From NCBI GenBank assembly GCA_964623815.1, contig CAZUVR010000002.1, positions 48,576 through 112,575 on the forward strand: 64,000 nt of DNA, in the 5' to 3' direction. Within the stretch, counting starts at the first letter, position 1. Every line of letters begins with the position of its first letter. Both the position numbers and the translations under genes were made by a program. Below are positions 62,301-64,000 of this stretch, one piece after another. This DNA comes from an uncultured bacterium. GTDB lineage: Bacteria; Cyanobacteriota; Cyanobacteriia; Cyanobacteriales; Microcystaceae. The notes under the pieces were generated by a model, which worked only from the letters and a program-made list of their open reading frames with translations, made no database searches and was not told where the DNA came from.

Positions 62301-62598
62301 CTCGAAACATAGTCACCCAAGGGGGCAGATATTTCTCATCGGCGAGACGCACGTTACCCAGTAATAAGCTTAATTGCTCTTTATTCAGATCGTATTGAGC
62401 GAGGCGTAAGGCGAATTTCTCCTCATCACTTCCCCCTACTAAAGCTTTCCATCTATTCAATCTCTGCTCAATGAGCGATCGATCTTGCCGTTCATCATCG
62501 GATAGGAAAGCACCGCTCGATCTTTCCGAGAGGCTACTAGCTCTCTCGAAGATTTTTATCAAGTCCTGTGCGGAAATTTTCCGATTAAAATTCACCAT
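59398..62598 (-). CDS. lanM: class II lanthipeptide synthetase (LanM/ProcM-like)
   Basis: 1066 aa. The N-terminal ~650 aa form the LanM dehydratase region (DUF4135-like). The C-terminal LanC-like cyclase has GISHGAAGIALAL, WCHGAPGIGLARL, the Zn-ligand CCGNFGRLETLL and HNPGFFQGTAGIGYQLLRL. Confidence 0.85.
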   Translation of the reverse strand: MVNFNRKISAQDLIKIFERASSLSERSSGAFLSDDERQDRSLIEQRLNRWKALVGGSDEEKFALRLAQYDLNKEQLSLLLGNVRLADEKYLPPWVTMFRELVEAPMQKDEAAILDPHSPIPFEDIYLPFVQVARQKLLERVGEKWQLLTVAVQTSIVRKLLHKLHLLITASLYEEFDRGRKENLSPLLETEGKNTGYYRAFIEAMRGGKMIAFFQKYSVIARLMSVSIEHWIDEKAEFLGRLAEDLPLLETTFGAKLAQVTEIQLDLSEPHNRRRSVTGVTFAGGRTMIYKPRGMGMEAGFFQLLHWCNQQPNLLPLQLCKVIDRDTHGWMEFIHHQPCNSTTEAGNYYERAGMLLALLYILRGNDCHEENIISAGEQPILIDLETLFNPRVRVAEEQRGALSSIEERFFDSVLQCGLLPRWESTGGILEDVSGLGGTDINTPLRYKKWEMVNTDEMKLSYELKTQKPLKNTLWLQGKRLSPSDYSNRLLEGFEKMYRCLQYNSHVLTRGDGPLKLFAGRDIRFLFRPSDIYGQLLIKTIAPRLLQEGIDRSIEFEALARSFPDSAPRAVLAGEIESLERMDVPFFIANTGGDGLGIPEGAWIPGYFEGMSYETGRERLGRLGEEDLALQMQLIRGSLYSQKASGMSLSDRVEDIADVHISPLSETEALSTAIEIAIDLEKNAISTVTGHRSWIGLAYLPAHRRYQLQPLGDNLYDGVSGIALFLAALWALTREERFRRLCLSALGGPVADYLNIDTAGGLRFARQIGIGAGAGIGSIVYCLAKIANLIEEPKLLKVALKLADTLTPETVALDRSFDLIGGAAGAIVALLDLYGVRKDESVLERARNCGAHLLSHRVESTSGWRAWPVIDGELTTGISHGAAGIALALIRLYEVCPEEKFLQAAREAIGFESSLFDARRENWQDVESSPSFMIAWCHGAPGIGLARLGGLSSLDSDAIRQDIDTALKTTLKLGLQPIDHLCCGNFGRLETLLVASQVLNRRDLGEMAYQQAAVRVATAKRKGGFALTDEIPDAIHNPGFFQGTAGIGYQLLRLAAPEMVPSVLLWQ

Positions 62599-62682
62599 AG
62601 ATTTATCTCACTAAGTTAGGAAAAAACTAGCCCAGAGTAAGTAATACTAAATCCGTTTTTCATAGTAACCTTTTCCGATCCA

Positions 62683-62752
62683 GGGAGTAGAGAGTAGGGA
62701 GTAGGGAGTAGAAATATTTATCCCGATTCCCGACTCCCGACTCCCGATTCCC
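62683..62752. repeat. STRR-like heptamer hairpin (GGGAGTA x4 ... CCCGACT x4 inverted arms)
   Basis: gggagta gagagta gggagta gggagta - gaaatatttat - cccgatt cccgact cccgact cccgatt. The arms are imperfect reverse complements. It lies in the lanM upstream region and is the inverse-orientation relative of the 56.8-kb array. Confidence 0.7.
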
Positions 62753-62913
62753 AATCTTCATAAGTAGCCTTTGAGAACAGGATTTAGTATAAATAGCCCG
62801 GACAAAATAACCTATTTAAAATCTTAGTGAGTATGTTTCGGTGATATATACCAATGAATATTGTCAAAGATGGAGGAAGTAAAATTATTTACAGCAAGTG
62901 CCGCCCCGAAAAC

Positions 62914-64000
62914 CTAAGCCGCCCCCTGACATATCCAAGCACCCCAATAGTAGGGATGTTGCAAGGGGCACTCATCCAATCGCCCCGAAACTATTATTTC
63001 CCAATCTTCGCTATCGCATAATTTCTTCAGAATCTCCACACCCAGAGGAGTCTGCTTTAACTCGGCGACGGTAACACCACGAATATAATCTTGCGCTCGG
63101 GCCAAAGCCGCGGCCTTATTAGAGCCGTCAGCCCGTAAATATTCAAAGAACTTACCAATCAGTAAACTAGATTCTAAATCCGGGACTTTCCATAAACTCA
63201 TGATCAAAGTTCTGGCCCCCGCAACCGCGAAAGCCCGTCTCATACCGAATACTCCTTCACCCGCCGATGTATCCCCCTTACCAGTTTGACAGGCTATGAG
63301 AAATACGATCTCGGTTCCCGAAAAATTTTGCAGTAATATATCTTGAGCTAGGAGAAAACCTTTCCCCTGACTTTTACCTAACTTACCTCGGGAGAGAAAA
63401 GTATTAGCTCCAGCTAAAGCTAATCCCGATCGTAACATGGGATTTTCTGGACTCACCTGTAATAGTAAATTGCCAACCGCCGGCGAGGTAGGGAGGGGGG
63501 AAGATGGGGGTAAATATACGCCGTGGGTGGCGATGAAAAATATCTTCGGGCTTGGATACCGGTAAATTAGAGATTCTAAGGCTTCCTGTCCGGTATAGGC
63601 CCTCACTCCTAAATTTTCCGCGACCATCTCGCCGAGAATTCTCGTACCCGGGGCCCGTCGAAAGGCTCTATGAGCAATGTCGCGGGTTAAATCGGGACTT
63701 TGCCCGGTTAAAGTGACCGAGGCCCCATCTTCAACCCTGGTATATTGTAGATCGAAATCCGGATCGGCGATTATTAAAGGCGGTGATAGAGGCTCGGGCG
63801 GGGGTGAGGCGAGACTCAATATATCCCTACCGACGCTGAGGTAACTAACCGTATAAGAGTCGCTTAAAAAAGTGCCGTCTTCATCGACGGGAAGAATATT
63901 GAAAGGTATCAGATTTAAGTTACTATCCGGGGCGATGATGAGATGTTGGGCTTCTCCGAGATTGGGTAATAGGGGTGCCAATAGGGCCTGACTCAAATTC
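62914..64000 (-). CDS. CHAT-domain (caspase-like) protein, C-terminal part (5' end lies outside the window)
   Basis: The ORF is open to the window edge. The catalytic His and Cys regions resemble the CHAT/caspase fold (FIATHGVY...; IVFLIACQTGKGD...). Confidence 0.65.
   Translation of the reverse strand, partial: NLSQALLAPLLPNLGEAQHLIIAPDSNLNLIPFNILPVDEDGTFLSDSYTVSYLSVGRDILSLASPPPEPLSPPLIIADPDFDLQYTRVEDGASVTLTGQSPDLTRDIAHRAFRRAPGTRILGEMVAENLGVRAYTGQEALESLIYRYPSPKIFFIATHGVYLPPSSPLPTSPAVGNLLLQVSPENPMLRSGLALAGANTFLSRGKLGKSQGKGFLLAQDILLQNFSGTEIVFLIACQTGKGDTSAGEGVFGMRRAFAVAGARTLIMSLWKVPDLESSLLIGKFFEYLRADGSNKAAALARAQDYIRGVTVAELKQTPLGVEILKKLCDSEDWEIIVSGRLDECPLQHPYYWGAWICQGAA

Noticed and set aside
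62599-62913. Possible precursor or small gene upstream of lanM
   Set aside because: The only frame reads MKNGFSITYSGL* (12 aa). The region is occupied by the STRR-like hairpin.

Overview
The window reads as cyanobacterial chromosome: moderate GC, many CGATCG/HIP-like sites, STRR-like CCCAACT/GGGAGTA heptamer arrays, and photosynthetic-lineage genes (ndhL, hoxH, a RuBisCO-like protein, DUF3007/DUF2808/DUF2237). Housekeeping genes present are ribF, thrC, trpA, cobI, katG, znuABC, a tRNA-Leu(UAA) and a QueD/PTPS tandem-domain gene. Surface and EPS-type genes include a clan GH-A glycosidase, an O-antigen-ligase/TPR protein, and an HpsA-BCD-like locus of one 1758-aa secreted giant followed by three prepilin-like genes. 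The stand-out region is a tightly coupled five-gene operon at 39.6-48.8 kb. It encodes a membrane-anchored coiled-coil McrB-like AAA+ protein, a 514-aa partner, a compact Upf1-like SF1 helicase, a PLD/HKD nuclease and a low-GC 771-aa unknown. It is flanked by a Uma2 endonuclease, a truncated AAA/PIN-like gene and a decayed serine-recombinase remnant, and I read it as an undescribed composite defence island with a Mokosh-like helicase+PLD core. Other features worth a second look are an HTH-NACHT STAND NTPase, a pseudokinase-WD40 gene abutting a lipobox-bearing flotillin, an orphan class II lanthipeptide synthetase (LanM) beside katG bracketed by inverted STRR arrays, an inactive M48 pseudo-peptidase, an orphan hoxH, Fur- and Zur-box operators and a nested-palindrome MITE.
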